From NCBI GenBank assembly GCA_964411255.1, contig CAYPKD010000001.1:71331-135330 (forward strand): 64,000 nucleotides of DNA, in the 5' to 3' direction. Source of the DNA: an uncultured Gammaproteobacteria bacterium (GTDB taxonomy: Bacteria > Patescibacteriota > Patescibacteriia > UBA11705 > DATKZF01). The notes below the pieces were generated by a model that did not search any database, had not been told where the DNA came from, and saw only the letters and a program-made list of their open reading frames with translations. Shown one piece after another: positions 47,771 through 58,711 of the stretch. The translations under genes and the position numbers were made by a program. Every line of letters starts with the position of its first letter. Position 1 is the stretch's first letter.

Positions 47771-50700
47771 TTATTGAGTAGATCCAGAATCTGCGCTATT
47801 TCCTGTATTACTACTTGTGCTACTGTCAGAGCTATCACCTGCACTGGATCCGCTGTCAGCAGTACCTGCATCGCTTGTAGAGCTGGCATCTGAATTTGAT
47901 GAAGAATCGCCATCAGCAGAATCAGAAGCGTCTGAAGTACTGCTATCTGCAGTGTCTGAAGAAGTGTCAGAAGCATTATCATTAGCATCATTGCCTGAAT
48001 CATCACTGTCGGTTGAATCAGTATCAGAAGTATCAGTATCTGAGCTGTCATCTATATAGCTACTATCTGTATCAAAACTATCTGATGTATTATCTAGAGA
48101 ATCACTGCTATCTAAAAAATCAGGATTATTATTTAAATTTCCACTTGAATTATTATTTGTAGTAGTATTTGAATTATCCGACGTCAAATCAATAATTGGA
48201 TCTGGTGAAACAAATCCTGTTCGCTGAGCAACCACTAACCAGTCAAATGTAGTATCTGAATTTCCATTATCCAATTCTTTGACCATAAAGCCTGTTGTTG
48301 TTTTATCAAATACATACAAACCATTGCATTCTCCTGTTGGCGTTACCAAAACTTTGTAATTTTCATCAATAAACTGGTCAAAATCATTTTCAAAAGTCAC
48401 TTCCACTTCTCCATTTTCCAGCTGAGCCTGTCCTGAAATAGTAATCTCCTTATTAACAGACATTAAAGCATATAAATCCAATGCAGTACCATCTGCTAAT
48501 GTCTCATGAACTGTAAACATACCATTTTCATCTATTGACCAGTTATTATTGTATCCCAATAATTTTCCTGTTAAGTGTAGATCTCCAGATTGAGGAATGT
48601 TTGTATCAATTTGAGAGAAATCTCCGCCTTCAACGTTTTCCAATCCAAATGTAACTGCATTTGACACAAATCCTTCAGCATTATGATACCAGCCAATATT
48701 TTGAAAAACCAATATCTGACCGCATTCGCCCTCATTGCCGCTAAAGCTTTCCAATGCCTGACCGACAACCATTCCTGGTTCAGTTGCTTTCATTCCAAAA
48801 CCTGGTCTTGAAGAAGATGTGATAAAATCTCCAATATCTATACTTCCGTTATCAATACAAATATTTGTTTTAATTCTACCTGCTAATACGACCGGATAAC
48901 CGTATTCTCTGCCAATCCCACCGCTAATAATCATGCTTGGTTTTGTTGCAATAATACCAACAACTCTCTTATCATACGCAACTGAAGTTAATGTCCCTTT
49001 ATTGGGATGATTTGGATCTGCAATTATAATTGATCCAGCCAAATCAGTTTTTTCAATACCATCTTCTTCAATGTATTGTACTTGTTTGTCTACACCATTT
49101 TCTGTAATAATAATATTTTCTGCCACATCAGTATGGCCGCCGTCAAAGTATGCCGCACCATCAACTTCTAATTCTCCGCTTATATATACATCATTTGATG
49201 CATTTAATCCTTGATTAGTGTTACCACCTCCAAATCTACTATAACTTGCTCCTGTTGCTCCACCTACTTTAAGCAACCCAGTTGATATTGAACTGCTAAA
49301 GTCACCATTTTGAAAATATCCCATAAACCAACGAGCATCAGCACTTCCAAAATTATATGCTCCATTGCTGTCTGGGAAAATCGTAGCATTTATCTGAAGA
49401 TTTTTACTCGGATAATCTTTCAGAAAGGTACCCTTTGATAAAATAATATCTGCAGTTGCAAAATCAGAAAGCTGCATATCAATACCAGTATCTGCGCTTG
49501 CCCACATTAACATCCCATATGTTGCATGTCCTGATCCTGTCGTTCTCATCTCAAGCATACTATCAGCTTGACCGTCATTAAGGCCTAAAAACATCCCCTT
49601 AGCCGTACTATGTGTACCATCCAAATCAAGACTTACAGACATGCCAACTACATCCTCAATTGAATTGCCTACAGTATTATTTACATCCATTATAAAACCA
49701 TACATATCATTCGATCCGTTTGCTGCTGAGCTATTTGTAACCTGAGTATAATAGCCATTTATTAGTCCGTCATGGCCGGCTAAACCCTCAACCTGCAATG
49801 AAACTCCATCCACCTGTCCAGTTCCGCTATGCCTGGCCCTGGCAAAGATTGAACGAGTAGCATCATTCCCACTATGCAAAACTGAGGAAGCGACTCCTGT
49901 TGCATCATCATTTCCGCTATGAGTAACATTTGCTGAAAATCCTGATAAAGTGCCGCTGCCTGATCCTGTTATCTGTGCTGAAAATCCAGAAGCGTCAGTA
50001 TTTCCTTTTATATCATTATTAAATGATGGATCTGCTACAAAATAATAGCCAATCATTCCTGCCTGGAAATCACCAGAAGCTACAGCTTCATCACTGGCCA
50101 CATCTGCATAATATGCAATTCTAAGGGCACCTGTGCTGTCACCAGCATGCGGTACCATATGAGCTTTATAGCCAAACGGATAATTTCCTGAAGGCAAACC
50201 AGTGTCTGATTTTAATTTTACATCAATTGCTGACACAAAGCTTGAATCAGTTCTAAGATCAATGTCTATTATTCCCTGAGCGTCTGTGTGAGTCGTTGTT
50301 TCTGCATCAATTACAATTCTGTCAGTCGCCCCTAAAGTAAATTCAGTATTACCCTGAAGCTCAATTACTCCAGTAGTAGATCCTAAAACCAAATCACTAT
50401 TTGTATCGATAATCCCTGAATCAGATAGTTGCAAAGTTCCAGATCCTGCATATACTGTACCGGAAAAATATGCGTCTTTCCATCTGGCATCTGGGCTAGA
50501 ACCTATGTCATACCAGTCTCCTGATGCTGGCAGAAGATTTCCGCTGAATTCAAACTGATTACTTGCAAAGATTATATCTCCTGAAGCGCCGCCAGAATCA
50601 TACATCACTATTTTTGAATTTGAATTTGTATCTCCAATTCTAATTGTATTTAAACTTTCATCTACACTAAACGGAGCATTTAAGGAAGCACCACCGACAG

Positions 50701-53700
50701 CAAAATCACTGGTATTATCAAACAAATACGTTAATGTTGTACCGCTTACATCAGCAGAAGTAAATAAAGGCGCTCCAGGTGAAGCTGTCAAACTCCTCCA
50801 GCTCGATCCGTCATATCCCTCAAAATCTGCCCCAGACCATCTCATATTACCTGCTGTAATATTAGCTGTGTTTCCAAGATTTATTCCATTAGAAAACGTT
50901 ATTAAATTTGGAGCAAGTCCCTGAATCATCGCTCCGTTTCGCAGCCTGATATCACCACTAGAAAAAGTAGCTCCATTCATGTCTATCCCAAATTGGCCAG
51001 TACCATTAATATCAAGGAAAGTATCTATAGGATTGCCAAATGGAGTATCAATATTTATTCCTATTGCATTTGATGTTGGAGTAGAGGTTAAATCTAAATC
51101 CAAATTTATTCCATAAGCATTCTGGATTTGCGCAGTATTCCAAATAAACATATCCATCCCATACATTTCTGCACCTGGAGCTGCTGTCGTATCATGCTGT
51201 ACAAAAACTCTACCTCCATATATATCTCCTGAACCTGAATGCCTATATTGCTCATATGATCCATACAAATCTCCAGTACCAGTGTGATGGGCTCTTTCCC
51301 ATCTATTTTCAATATTAGCGCTGCCTGAATGAGATAAATCAGACATAAAGCCACGATTTGTCCCTTGATTGTGCTTTGTGGAATTAACCCGATAACCAGT
51401 AAAATTAGCAGAAGTTGATGCATTATCAGTCATAAAAGTTTGATATGCCGTTATTGAACCACTGTCATTGGTACTGGTATTAATTGTCGAATAATAACCA
51501 TATAAATTACCTGCTGCTCCACCTTGTGAATCAATATCCAACTGTGAAACAATGCCATTTCCACTGCTAATATAATCAATTTCAAAAGCTGGAGTAGATC
51601 CATGAACAATAGTGGAAGCATCAATATTTACTTTATCTGCTGCGCCAAGTTTAAATGTTATATCACCAGTAGCAGTAATACCATTGGTAACTGTTAAGCT
51701 TGCCACATCCGTAGGGCCTAAATATGCATTACTCCAAGGAGAGCCAAAAGCTCCTAATGACCCAGTACCCAGTAAATTACCATTCACCTGGCCATTTCCA
51801 TCCAATTGAAAACCATCCACATACAATGTATCTTGGACATCAACATAATTTGCCCCATTGGCATACATTACTAAATTACTATTCGTATCAATTATGCCAG
51901 CATCAGATAACTGCAATGTACTGCCAGCATATACTGTCCCAGCGAAATATGCATTTCGCCATTTTCGGTCATAAGTACTGGCACCAATATCATATGTATC
52001 TCCAGTTGCCGGCACTAAATGAGCATTAAAACTTAATCTATCACCAGGCAAATCTTTAACTTCAGTTCCCTGGCTTAAAAGCATATCTGCAGAAGCAACA
52101 GTAGCATTTGATAAATCTATAGCTGTCCCCATATTTGTTGACATATAAATTCCAGAAGTTGCACTGCCACTACCATTCAAACGAATCATTGCATCTAAAC
52201 TGCTTCCAGCAACATTTGACATTTCAAATCCATAAGCTGACGATTGAGTACCGCTGGCATCGACTTGTAAATTTATTCCACTAAAACTACTAATAGAACT
52301 ACCTGAAGGATTTGACACATTTATAATAAGACCATCCATGGAATTTCCGCCGTTTGCTGCAGAATCATTCGTCACAATAGAAGACATTCCATAAATATCT
52401 CCAACATGGCCAGCATTTGCAGTAGTAATCATTTCCACACCATATAATGTTCCTGTACCAGAATGATTAACCTGGCCGTAGTAACCTCTACTGGAGGAGG
52501 TGCCTGTGTGATTACCCTGGACACTATACCCAGTCATAACTCCAGCCCCAGTTTCAGTCAATTGTGCTGAATAACCTGTTAAACTGCCTGAGGAAGAACT
52601 AGTTACCTGGCTGGAAAAAGATGTAACAGAGGCAGCCCCCTGTATCCCATTATTAAATGCAGGATCAGCCATAAATAAATATCCTAATATTACACTATGA
52701 AAATCACCAGATGCCAATGATTCATCACTGGCTACATCTGCATAATAAGCTACTCTGGCAGCATTGTTATCATCTGCACTATGAGGAACTAAATGTGCTT
52801 TATAACCAAAAGGATATGTACCAGGCCCTAAGCCCACATCAGATTTCAGTTTTACGTCAATGGCTGAAACCAAGGAATTGTCTGTTTTTAAATCAATATC
52901 AATAATTCCCTGGGCATCTGTATGTGTTGTAGTTTCAGCATCTATAATTAACCTTTCTGTTGCATCAAAAATAAAACTGGCTGAACCTCCCTGAAACTGC
53001 CACATGTCAGATGTATATGTTATATCTCCAAAATTACTGCCAGAGTCATACATGGTTAATTGTGAGTCTGTATTTGTATCGCCAATTCTCACAGTGTTTG
53101 CGCTCTCATCAACGCTAAATGGTGCAACCAAAGTGTTTCCGCCAATGGCAAAATCATCTGTTAAATCTGTTCTATATGTAACAGATCCACCATCAGTGAA
53201 TAAGCTTGCTCCAGCGGTTATAGCAGTATCTAAATCATCCAAAACGTCCTGAACATTAGTACTGGCAGAATTATCAAATTCATCATTTGCTCCAATAGCA
53301 TACGCTCCTGAAGTTGTCGGCGTGGCAGTAGATTCTAAATCAATATCTGTACCGCCAACATCGACAAACACATTGTCAGTATATAAATCATTTTGAACAT
53401 CAACTGAAGCTGCACTAAAGGTCCATAAACCTGATACGGTTTCATTTTCATCCAAGTCTGCAAATTCAGTTTCTAATTTACCGCCAAGCCTGTCTGAATT
53501 AAGTGCATATAAAGCGCCAGTAATTCTTTTTCTTGGCGTCATCTCTACATCCCCTACTACTTTTACAGCTAAATAATATGTGGCTCCATCATAATTGCCC
53601 ATGTTCGCATCATTAAATGCAGTATTGTCTGCTAAACTGGTAGTAAACAAACCGCTCTTGGTGGTAACTGATTTTGTCTCTTCCCACAAGCATGCATTTA

Positions 53701-53950
53701 CACCAACAATACAATTATCATAATTATTGGTTGCATGATTATAAACTCTATAAATAATGTTATATGCACCATCGGGAACTGGAGTACCAGTATTGTCAGT
53801 TAATTTTCCCTGATAATTTATGTATTTTGTTACAGCTGCATCTGTTTTTAAAATGAAAAAACTGGCTGACATAAAAATCAGGGTTATCATCACAAAAATT
53901 TTCCAAAATACTTTGGATTTATTTTTTTCGTGCATCAAAATACTATTCAT
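47771..53950 (-). CDS. giant (2059 aa) secreted repetitive surface protein with internal ~780-aa duplication and Ser/Asp-rich C-terminal tail
   Basis: Signal peptide. Near-identical blocks TTHTDAQGIIDIDL(K/R)TD..VSAIDVKLKSD recur about 2.3 kb apart. The C-terminal SD-rich low-complexity tail spans 47771-48180. Confidence 0.75.
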   Translation of the reverse strand: MNSILMHEKNKSKVFWKIFVMITLIFMSASFFILKTDAAVTKYINYQGKLTDNTGTPVPDGAYNIIYRVYNHATNNYDNCIVGVNACLWEETKSVTTKSGLFTTSLADNTAFNDANMGNYDGATYYLAVKVVGDVEMTPRKRITGALYALNSDRLGGKLETEFADLDENETVSGLWTFSAASVDVQNDLYTDNVFVDVGGTDIDLESTATPTTSGAYAIGANDEFDNSASTNVQDVLDDLDTAITAGASLFTDGGSVTYRTDLTDDFAIGGNTLVAPFSVDESANTVRIGDTNTDSQLTMYDSGSNFGDITYTSDMWQFQGGSASFIFDATERLIIDAETTTHTDAQGIIDIDLKTDNSLVSAIDVKLKSDVGLGPGTYPFGYKAHLVPHSADDNNAARVAYYADVASDESLASGDFHSVILGYLFMADPAFNNGIQGAASVTSFSSQVTSSSSGSLTGYSAQLTETGAGVMTGYSVQGNHTGTSSSRGYYGQVNHSGTGTLYGVEMITTANAGHVGDIYGMSSIVTNDSAANGGNSMDGLIINVSNPSGSSISSFSGINLQVDASGTQSSAYGFEMSNVAGSSLDAMIRLNGSGSATSGIYMSTNMGTAIDLSNATVASADMLLSQGTEVKDLPGDRLSFNAHLVPATGDTYDIGASTYDRKWRNAYFAGTVYAGSTLQLSDAGIIDTNSNLVMYANGANYVDVQDTLYVDGFQLDGNGQVNGNLLGTGSLGAFGSPWSNAYLGPTDVASLTVTNGITATGDITFKLGAADKVNIDASTIVHGSTPAFEIDYISSGNGIVSQLDIDSQGGAAGNLYGYYSTINTSTNDSGSITAYQTFMTDNASTSANFTGYRVNSTKHNQGTNRGFMSDLSHSGSANIENRWERAHHTGTGDLYGSYEQYRHSGSGDIYGGRVFVQHDTTAAPGAEMYGMDMFIWNTAQIQNAYGINLDLDLTSTPTSNAIGINIDTPFGNPIDTFLDINGTGQFGIDMNGATFSSGDIRLRNGAMIQGLAPNLITFSNGINLGNTANITAGNMRWSGADFEGYDGSSWRSLTASPGAPLFTSADVSGTTLTYLFDNTSDFAVGGASLNAPFSVDESLNTIRIGDTNSNSKIVMYDSGGASGDIIFASNQFEFSGNLLPASGDWYDIGSSPDARWKDAYFSGTVYAGSGTLQLSDSGIIDTNSDLVLGSTTGVIELQGNTEFTLGATDRIVIDAETTTHTDAQGIIDIDLRTDSSFVSAIDVKLKSDTGLPSGNYPFGYKAHMVPHAGDSTGALRIAYYADVASDEAVASGDFQAGMIGYYFVADPSFNNDIKGNTDASGFSAQITGSGSGTLSGFSANVTHSGNDDATGVASSVLHSGNDATRSIFARARHSGTGQVDGVSLQVEGLAGHDGLINGYYTQVTNSSAANGSNDMYGFIMDVNNTVGNSIEDVVGMSVSLDLDGTHSTAKGMFLGLNDGQADSMLEMRTTGSGHATYGMLMWASADTGIDMQLSDFATADIILSKGTFLKDYPSKNLQINATIFPDSNGAYNFGSADARWFMGYFQNGDFSSSISTGLLKVGGATGASYSRFGGGNTNQGLNASNDVYISGELEVDGAAYFDGGHTDVAENIIITENGVDKQVQYIEEDGIEKTDLAGSIIIADPNHPNKGTLTSVAYDKRVVGIIATKPSMIISGGIGREYGYPVVLAGRIKTNICIDNGSIDIGDFITSSSRPGFGMKATEPGMVVGQALESFSGNEGECGQILVFQNIGWYHNAEGFVSNAVTFGLENVEGGDFSQIDTNIPQSGDLHLTGKLLGYNNNWSIDENGMFTVHETLADGTALDLYALMSVNKEITISGQAQLENGEVEVTFENDFDQFIDENYKVLVTPTGECNGLYVFDKTTTGFMVKELDNGNSDTTFDWLVVAQRTGFVSPDPIIDLTSDNSNTTTNNNSSGNLNNNPDFLDSSDSLDNTSDSFDTDSSYIDDSSDTDTSDTDSTDSDDSGNDANDNASDTSSDTADSSTSDASDSADGDSSSNSDASSTSDAGTADSGSSAGDSSDSSTSSNTGNSADSGSTQ

Positions 53951-54043
53951 GTTTCTTCTTTTTATAAGTATATTTTACCACAAATTTCAACACTTTTTGA
54001 ATTAGTTATCAACAAATAATTAAACTTATAAATAACAGCTGTT

Positions 54044-57000
54044 TTACTGTTCGCTCCAGGGCAAATTAACATCCTTTGCCTTTTCATGGTGCTCAAAGTC
54101 ATCACCAGAAATATCTTCTTTTATCTCTTGAGCGGTCTCTTCTCCATGCCATTCATGCGGTAAATTTCGCACAGGTCTTCTTTTAACTTCTGGCTCTACT
54201 TTTTTATCAAGTTTTGGCTCTAGAGCTTTTGGCGTTCCATGTTTTTCCATTAAAATATTTTGAGTTAATGCTTCGCCTTTTTCCTTATTCTGTTCAATTA
54301 AATCACTCCTAAAATTTTCGTAACCATTCTTTTCACATGTAATATAATAAACATTTTTCCCTACTAAAAAGCTATAACGACCATGTGGATCTGTAACTTG
54401 GGTTTCTAATAACCGATTATATTTATTGTCATATAATCGAACAACAGTTCTGCCAAGAGGCTTTTTATTTGTTTTGTCAGCCACAATACCCCAGCCTTTG
54501 GGCTTCTTTGGCACAGCCAACCTCTTAAATAATGAGTACAATAATAAATGAATAACTAATAATGCAAAGAATAAAGCGCTTGGTTTTATTAAAAATACTA
54601 TAAAAGTAGCAATTGGCCCTAATATGGCCATAACCTTTTGAATTTTTCGCAACAAGTAAACCGTTAAAATTTTTGAACTTGGCTTTGGCTTTTTATCAGC
54701 ATCTAAAGGTATATTTGGTGTTATTACAGATTTCTCATCAACTTGAATACTTTCTCCATGGTATATATCAATGTAAAATAAATCTTCTTTTTGATCAGCT
54801 AAAATCTGAGTTGGGAAAACATACCCTTTTTTAAATACTTTAATATAATAACTGCCAGGCTTCACTACAAAAGAAAATCTGCCTTCTTTATCCGTTACCT
54901 TTGTTTGAATCAACTTATTATTAACTACGTTATATAATCTCAATATTGCCAAATCCACCGGCTGCTTTGTTATTGAATCGTATACTACCCCGTATTTCTT
55001 TCTTTTCTTTTTAAAAATAACAAGCAAAGGTTCAGAAAAAAGGAAAAATAAATATGGTAAAAGTCCTGCTAACGAAGCAATTGATAAAATATTAAACGCA
55101 GTCACTGCAGCAATTGCCGGTGTTCCGAACTTGTCTGTTGCTTCTTCAACGTCAGGATTATTAAATATATTTTCAATTATAAATGATTCATTAATACTCT
55201 TTATAAAATCTGATTCAACAATCCTGTTTCTTAAATCTTTTAAAGCCTCAACAATTTCTGCTGCTGCGACAATTTCAATTTCCTCAGTCTGTTCATTATT
55301 ATCCAATTCATTTTCACAATCTGGATCTGCCAAATCGACTAAACCATCGCCGTCGTTATCCAATCCATCTGAACATTGCGGTAGGATCAATTCATCAGTC
55401 TCATCATCATCTTCAGTACTTCTGCAGCCAGGATCTGATGGATAATCAACCAAACCGTCATTGTCATTATCAATATCATCTGAACATTGATAGATAACTA
55501 TTTCATCTATCTCATCATCATCTTCCAAACTTTCACAACCAGGATCTGTAGGCCAGTCTGTTAACCCGTCATTATCATTATCAATGCCATCAGAGCATTG
55601 AGTGATTAATTCTTCTTCAACTTCATTATTATCTTCTGGGCTATCGCAACCAGGATCTGCCGGATAATCTATAAAACCGTCATCATCATTGTCTACACCA
55701 TCTGAACACTGGGTCACAGGCGCTTCATCTTCTTCACTATTATCCTGCTCACTAGAACAGCCAGGATCTGCCGGATAATCTACTAAACCATCATTATCAT
55801 TATCAGTATCATCTGAGCATTGTGGCACGAACTCAACATTAAACTCATTATTGTCTTCAGGGTATGAGCAGCCCGGATCTGCGGGAAAATCGATTAAGCC
55901 ATCGTTATCATTATCAATATTATCTGAACAAGCTGGCAAAACTTCGTCTATTTCATTATCATCTTGGTCACTATCACATCCAGGATCTGCAGGGTAATCA
56001 ATTAGGCTGTCATTATCATTATCTATACCATCTGAACATTGCGGTAAAATCACCACATCAGCCTCGTCATTATCCTGATCGCTATCACAACCAGGGTCTG
56101 CTGGATAATCAACCAAACTGTCATCGTCATTATCAATGCCATCTGAACACTGAGGTAAAGCACTTGAAGTGGTAAAAATAAACAAATCAGTAAAATCAGT
56201 TTCTTCACCATCACCATTTCTGGCCTTTACCCTAAACGAATAATCAGTTGATGGAGACAATCCTATATTGGTCCAGCCAGTATCTGTAATCCAGTCAGAA
56301 TTTTGGCCAGTATCAATATTTTCAAACCAAAGAGTTGTCAAACCATCTCCTAAGTTTGGTAAACTTCCATTTGCCTCAATGGTAATAAAATCACTTCCAG
56401 CATCAACTAAAACCAATTCATCTGGTTTATTTATTAAAGTATATTTCGAAGCACTTTCTGACCAATCAGACTGATCAGTATTATTTTGTGCCATTACCTG
56501 AAAAGTATACTCAGTATTTTCAGATAAACCTGCAATATTTTTCCCAAGCAAACTGCCCCAGCTATTATATGATTGCCATTCTTCAGTCATATCCAGAGTG
56601 CCATCAGACTGCAAATAAAGTCCGGTTGTTGTTTCATTTATCAAATATAAAACATCATCCTCATTACCATTAGGATCTAAAACAATATTTAATATTGACG
56701 GTGATATGGCCAGCAAAGTTGGCGCGCCAGGAACATACAGCACAGCATCTGACAATGTAGCAAAAGTTTGATCAGCTGATTCAGCAGGATTAAAATTACT
56801 GTCGCGCACCCAAATTTTAAAATGATATTCAGTGTCAGGAATTAAATTAGCCAAATCTACACTGTGTGATGTTAAAAAATTATTATTATCAACCTGAGAT
56901 CCATAACTATCTGTTTCACCATAATAAAGTATAGACGTTGCCAATTCATCTGTTTCCCAAGTAATGGTAACTGAAGTGGTAGTAATATTAATTACCTGAA

Positions 57001-57160
57001 TATTTGAAATTATTGGCGGAGTCTGATCACCTGGCGGCTGACCAGGAGCAACAATAGAGATTGAGACATTGGCATCCTCTGTAGCTGCAAAACCAAAAGC
57101 AGACCATAATAAAAATATGGTTAGAGTACAAATAAAAATCCATCTATTTTTTCTTCGCAT
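54044..57160 (-). CDS. large (1038 aa) secreted/TM protein with fibronectin-III-like N-domains, ~9 tandem Ca-binding DNDxDG repeats and two carboxypeptidase-regulatory-like (transthyretin-fold) domains
   Basis: Repeats QCSDGIDNDNDGL(I/V)DYPADPGC. RLYNVVNNKLIQTKVTDKEGRFSF and RLYDNKYNRLLETQVTDPHGRYSF are CarboxypepD_reg-like. Confidence 0.75.
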   Translation of the reverse strand: MRRKNRWIFICTLTIFLLWSAFGFAATEDANVSISIVAPGQPPGDQTPPIISNIQVINITTTSVTITWETDELATSILYYGETDSYGSQVDNNNFLTSHSVDLANLIPDTEYHFKIWVRDSNFNPAESADQTFATLSDAVLYVPGAPTLLAISPSILNIVLDPNGNEDDVLYLINETTTGLYLQSDGTLDMTEEWQSYNSWGSLLGKNIAGLSENTEYTFQVMAQNNTDQSDWSESASKYTLINKPDELVLVDAGSDFITIEANGSLPNLGDGLTTLWFENIDTGQNSDWITDTGWTNIGLSPSTDYSFRVKARNGDGEETDFTDLFIFTTSSALPQCSDGIDNDDDSLVDYPADPGCDSDQDNDEADVVILPQCSDGIDNDNDSLIDYPADPGCDSDQDDNEIDEVLPACSDNIDNDNDGLIDFPADPGCSYPEDNNEFNVEFVPQCSDDTDNDNDGLVDYPADPGCSSEQDNSEEDEAPVTQCSDGVDNDDDGFIDYPADPGCDSPEDNNEVEEELITQCSDGIDNDNDGLTDWPTDPGCESLEDDDEIDEIVIYQCSDDIDNDNDGLVDYPSDPGCRSTEDDDETDELILPQCSDGLDNDGDGLVDLADPDCENELDNNEQTEEIEIVAAAEIVEALKDLRNRIVESDFIKSINESFIIENIFNNPDVEEATDKFGTPAIAAVTAFNILSIASLAGLLPYLFFLFSEPLLVIFKKKRKKYGVVYDSITKQPVDLAILRLYNVVNNKLIQTKVTDKEGRFSFVVKPGSYYIKVFKKGYVFPTQILADQKEDLFYIDIYHGESIQVDEKSVITPNIPLDADKKPKPSSKILTVYLLRKIQKVMAILGPIATFIVFLIKPSALFFALLVIHLLLYSLFKRLAVPKKPKGWGIVADKTNKKPLGRTVVRLYDNKYNRLLETQVTDPHGRYSFLVGKNVYYITCEKNGYENFRSDLIEQNKEKGEALTQNILMEKHGTPKALEPKLDKKVEPEVKRRPVRNLPHEWHGEETAQEIKEDISGDDFEHHEKAKDVNLPWSEQ
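55300..56160 (-). repeat. coding tandem repeat (~114-bp units, 8-9 copies) encoding CSDxxDNDxDGLxDYPxDPGC modules
   Basis: Visible periodicity in both the DNA and the translation. Confidence 0.7.
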
Positions 57161-58031
57161 GGTTCCTCCTTTTATAACTTTTTATAAAAAAAGCAATGAT
57201 AAAAATTACAACTACAATACCGCACAAAACTATAACCACCGGTCCCTTGTTAAATACCCAAAACTGTCGTTTTTCTGTTACCAAATCCCAACCGTCATTT
57301 ATTAAATTTAACTCAGCGGTATATTTGCCTAATAAATTTTTATATACTTCATATTCAACCGTCCTTTCTTTTCCTGGCAATATTTCTGGAAAGTAAAATG
57401 GTATCAGATCAATCTGCTTTTTTCGCCAATTATAAACTTTCATTTCTCCAAATGGAGCAAGATGTGTATTACCAGTATTTTCTAAAGTAACCTCAATTTT
57501 TAGTCTTTTCCAGTTTATCGGATCAATTTCAAAACTTTTTATTTTAATCTCCTTTTCCAACTCTCCTAATATTTCCAAAAACACCAAAGATCCCACCTCA
57601 CCTGAAAAAAAAGAGCCTGCTCCGTCTTCAATCACATCAGTAGCAAATAAAATAGACAAATACTTTCCGCCATTTACATTTTGAGGCGCTATTACATCAA
57701 ATTTAATTTCCCTTTTCTGTTCAGGTTCAAGTTCAAAAACACTGACTGGCAAGCGAATGTAATCAGAAAAATCACCTTCATTAATTTGCAACGTTCCCTG
57801 ATCATCAATTGTTTCAAATGAGACTACTCTCGGCTTGACTCTCATCTTTTTTGTAGAAGGATTGGTTATAAAAATAGAACCTTGAGCTTTCTGCCCAGGT
57901 TCAATGCTAAAAAATGATTTTAATGGACTGATTGTGATTGCCACTGGACCTTGGGCGCTAACTTTCACAATTGGCACTATTAAAAAAGCAATAAATAAAA
58001 TTAAATAAATTTTCCAACCAATTCTTTTCAT
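57144..58031 (-). CDS. DUF916/DUF3324-like cell-surface protein (CscA-like) with C-terminal TM anchor
   Basis: Signal peptide. FSIEPGQKAQGSIFITNPSTKKMRV is DUF916-like. C-terminal TM is followed by KRRNHAKKK. The stop overlaps the next gene's start. Confidence 0.55.
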   Translation of the reverse strand: MKRIGWKIYLILFIAFLIVPIVKVSAQGPVAITISPLKSFFSIEPGQKAQGSIFITNPSTKKMRVKPRVVSFETIDDQGTLQINEGDFSDYIRLPVSVFELEPEQKREIKFDVIAPQNVNGGKYLSILFATDVIEDGAGSFFSGEVGSLVFLEILGELEKEIKIKSFEIDPINWKRLKIEVTLENTGNTHLAPFGEMKVYNWRKKQIDLIPFYFPEILPGKERTVEYEVYKNLLGKYTAELNLINDGWDLVTEKRQFWVFNKGPVVIVLCGIVVVIFIIAFFIKSYKRRNHAKKK

Positions 58032-58711
58032 AATTTAGGCAATGCAGTAAAAGTTACAATATTAGTATATGTTCCCAAAGCCTGAGCTCCGCCAACATTT
58101 ACATAAAAACTAAATACTGTATCATCGGGCGCAGCAGAATATCCAGCCTTTGGGTGGACTAAAGTAGAGGCTAAAGGAAGACCAGCATAATTTGTACCTG
58201 CACCCCATTTAACATCCAGACCTGTGCCGCTGGTTAATGTAATCCCAAACCCATTACCCACCCAGGGAATAGGCACAGCAATTGTTCCGCCAAAATCTGG
58301 AATAGTATTTATCCCTGCAGTCAACGTCTGGTTTTCTTTAATAAATAAATCATATCCATTACCAGCATTGGTAGTTACAGTAGTGGTTAATGGCCGACTC
58401 GTATCTGAATTTACCTGAATACTGGCTAGAGTTAAATTATTTGTGCTTAAAACCAAAGTTAAAGTGGTTGTTTCTGGCTGCCTATACCCTGCAAAATTCA
58501 TCGCATAGCTGCCTGCGCTAGAAAAATCTGTTGCATTTTCACCCAATGTATCAGATAAAAAATAACTTGGAGAACTGGCAAAATCAGAACCGCCAATATT
58601 TATAGAATCAAAAGGAATTTCATAATTGGTTCCTGCCATACCAACAGCATTGGCTGATGCAGGAATTAAAAAAGCAATTAAAAACAAATAGATAAAATTT
58701 CTAAATTTCAT
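58028..58711 (-). CDS. secreted WxL-domain-like surface protein
   Basis: Signal peptide ending ASANA, and a Thr/Asn/Gly-rich beta-rich domain. Co-operonic with the DUF916-like gene (ATGA overlap). Confidence 0.5.
   Translation of the reverse strand: MKFRNFIYLFLIAFLIPASANAVGMAGTNYEIPFDSINIGGSDFASSPSYFLSDTLGENATDFSSAGSYAMNFAGYRQPETTTLTLVLSTNNLTLASIQVNSDTSRPLTTTVTTNAGNGYDLFIKENQTLTAGINTIPDFGGTIAVPIPWVGNGFGITLTSGTGLDVKWGAGTNYAGLPLASTLVHPKAGYSAAPDDTVFSFYVNVGGAQALGTYTNIVTFTALPKL

Noticed and set aside
47653-48051. 132-aa minus-strand ORF and 47817..48059 plus-strand ORF over the SD-rich tail
   Set aside because: These are alternative frames of the low-complexity Ser/Asp repeat region of the 2059-aa gene.
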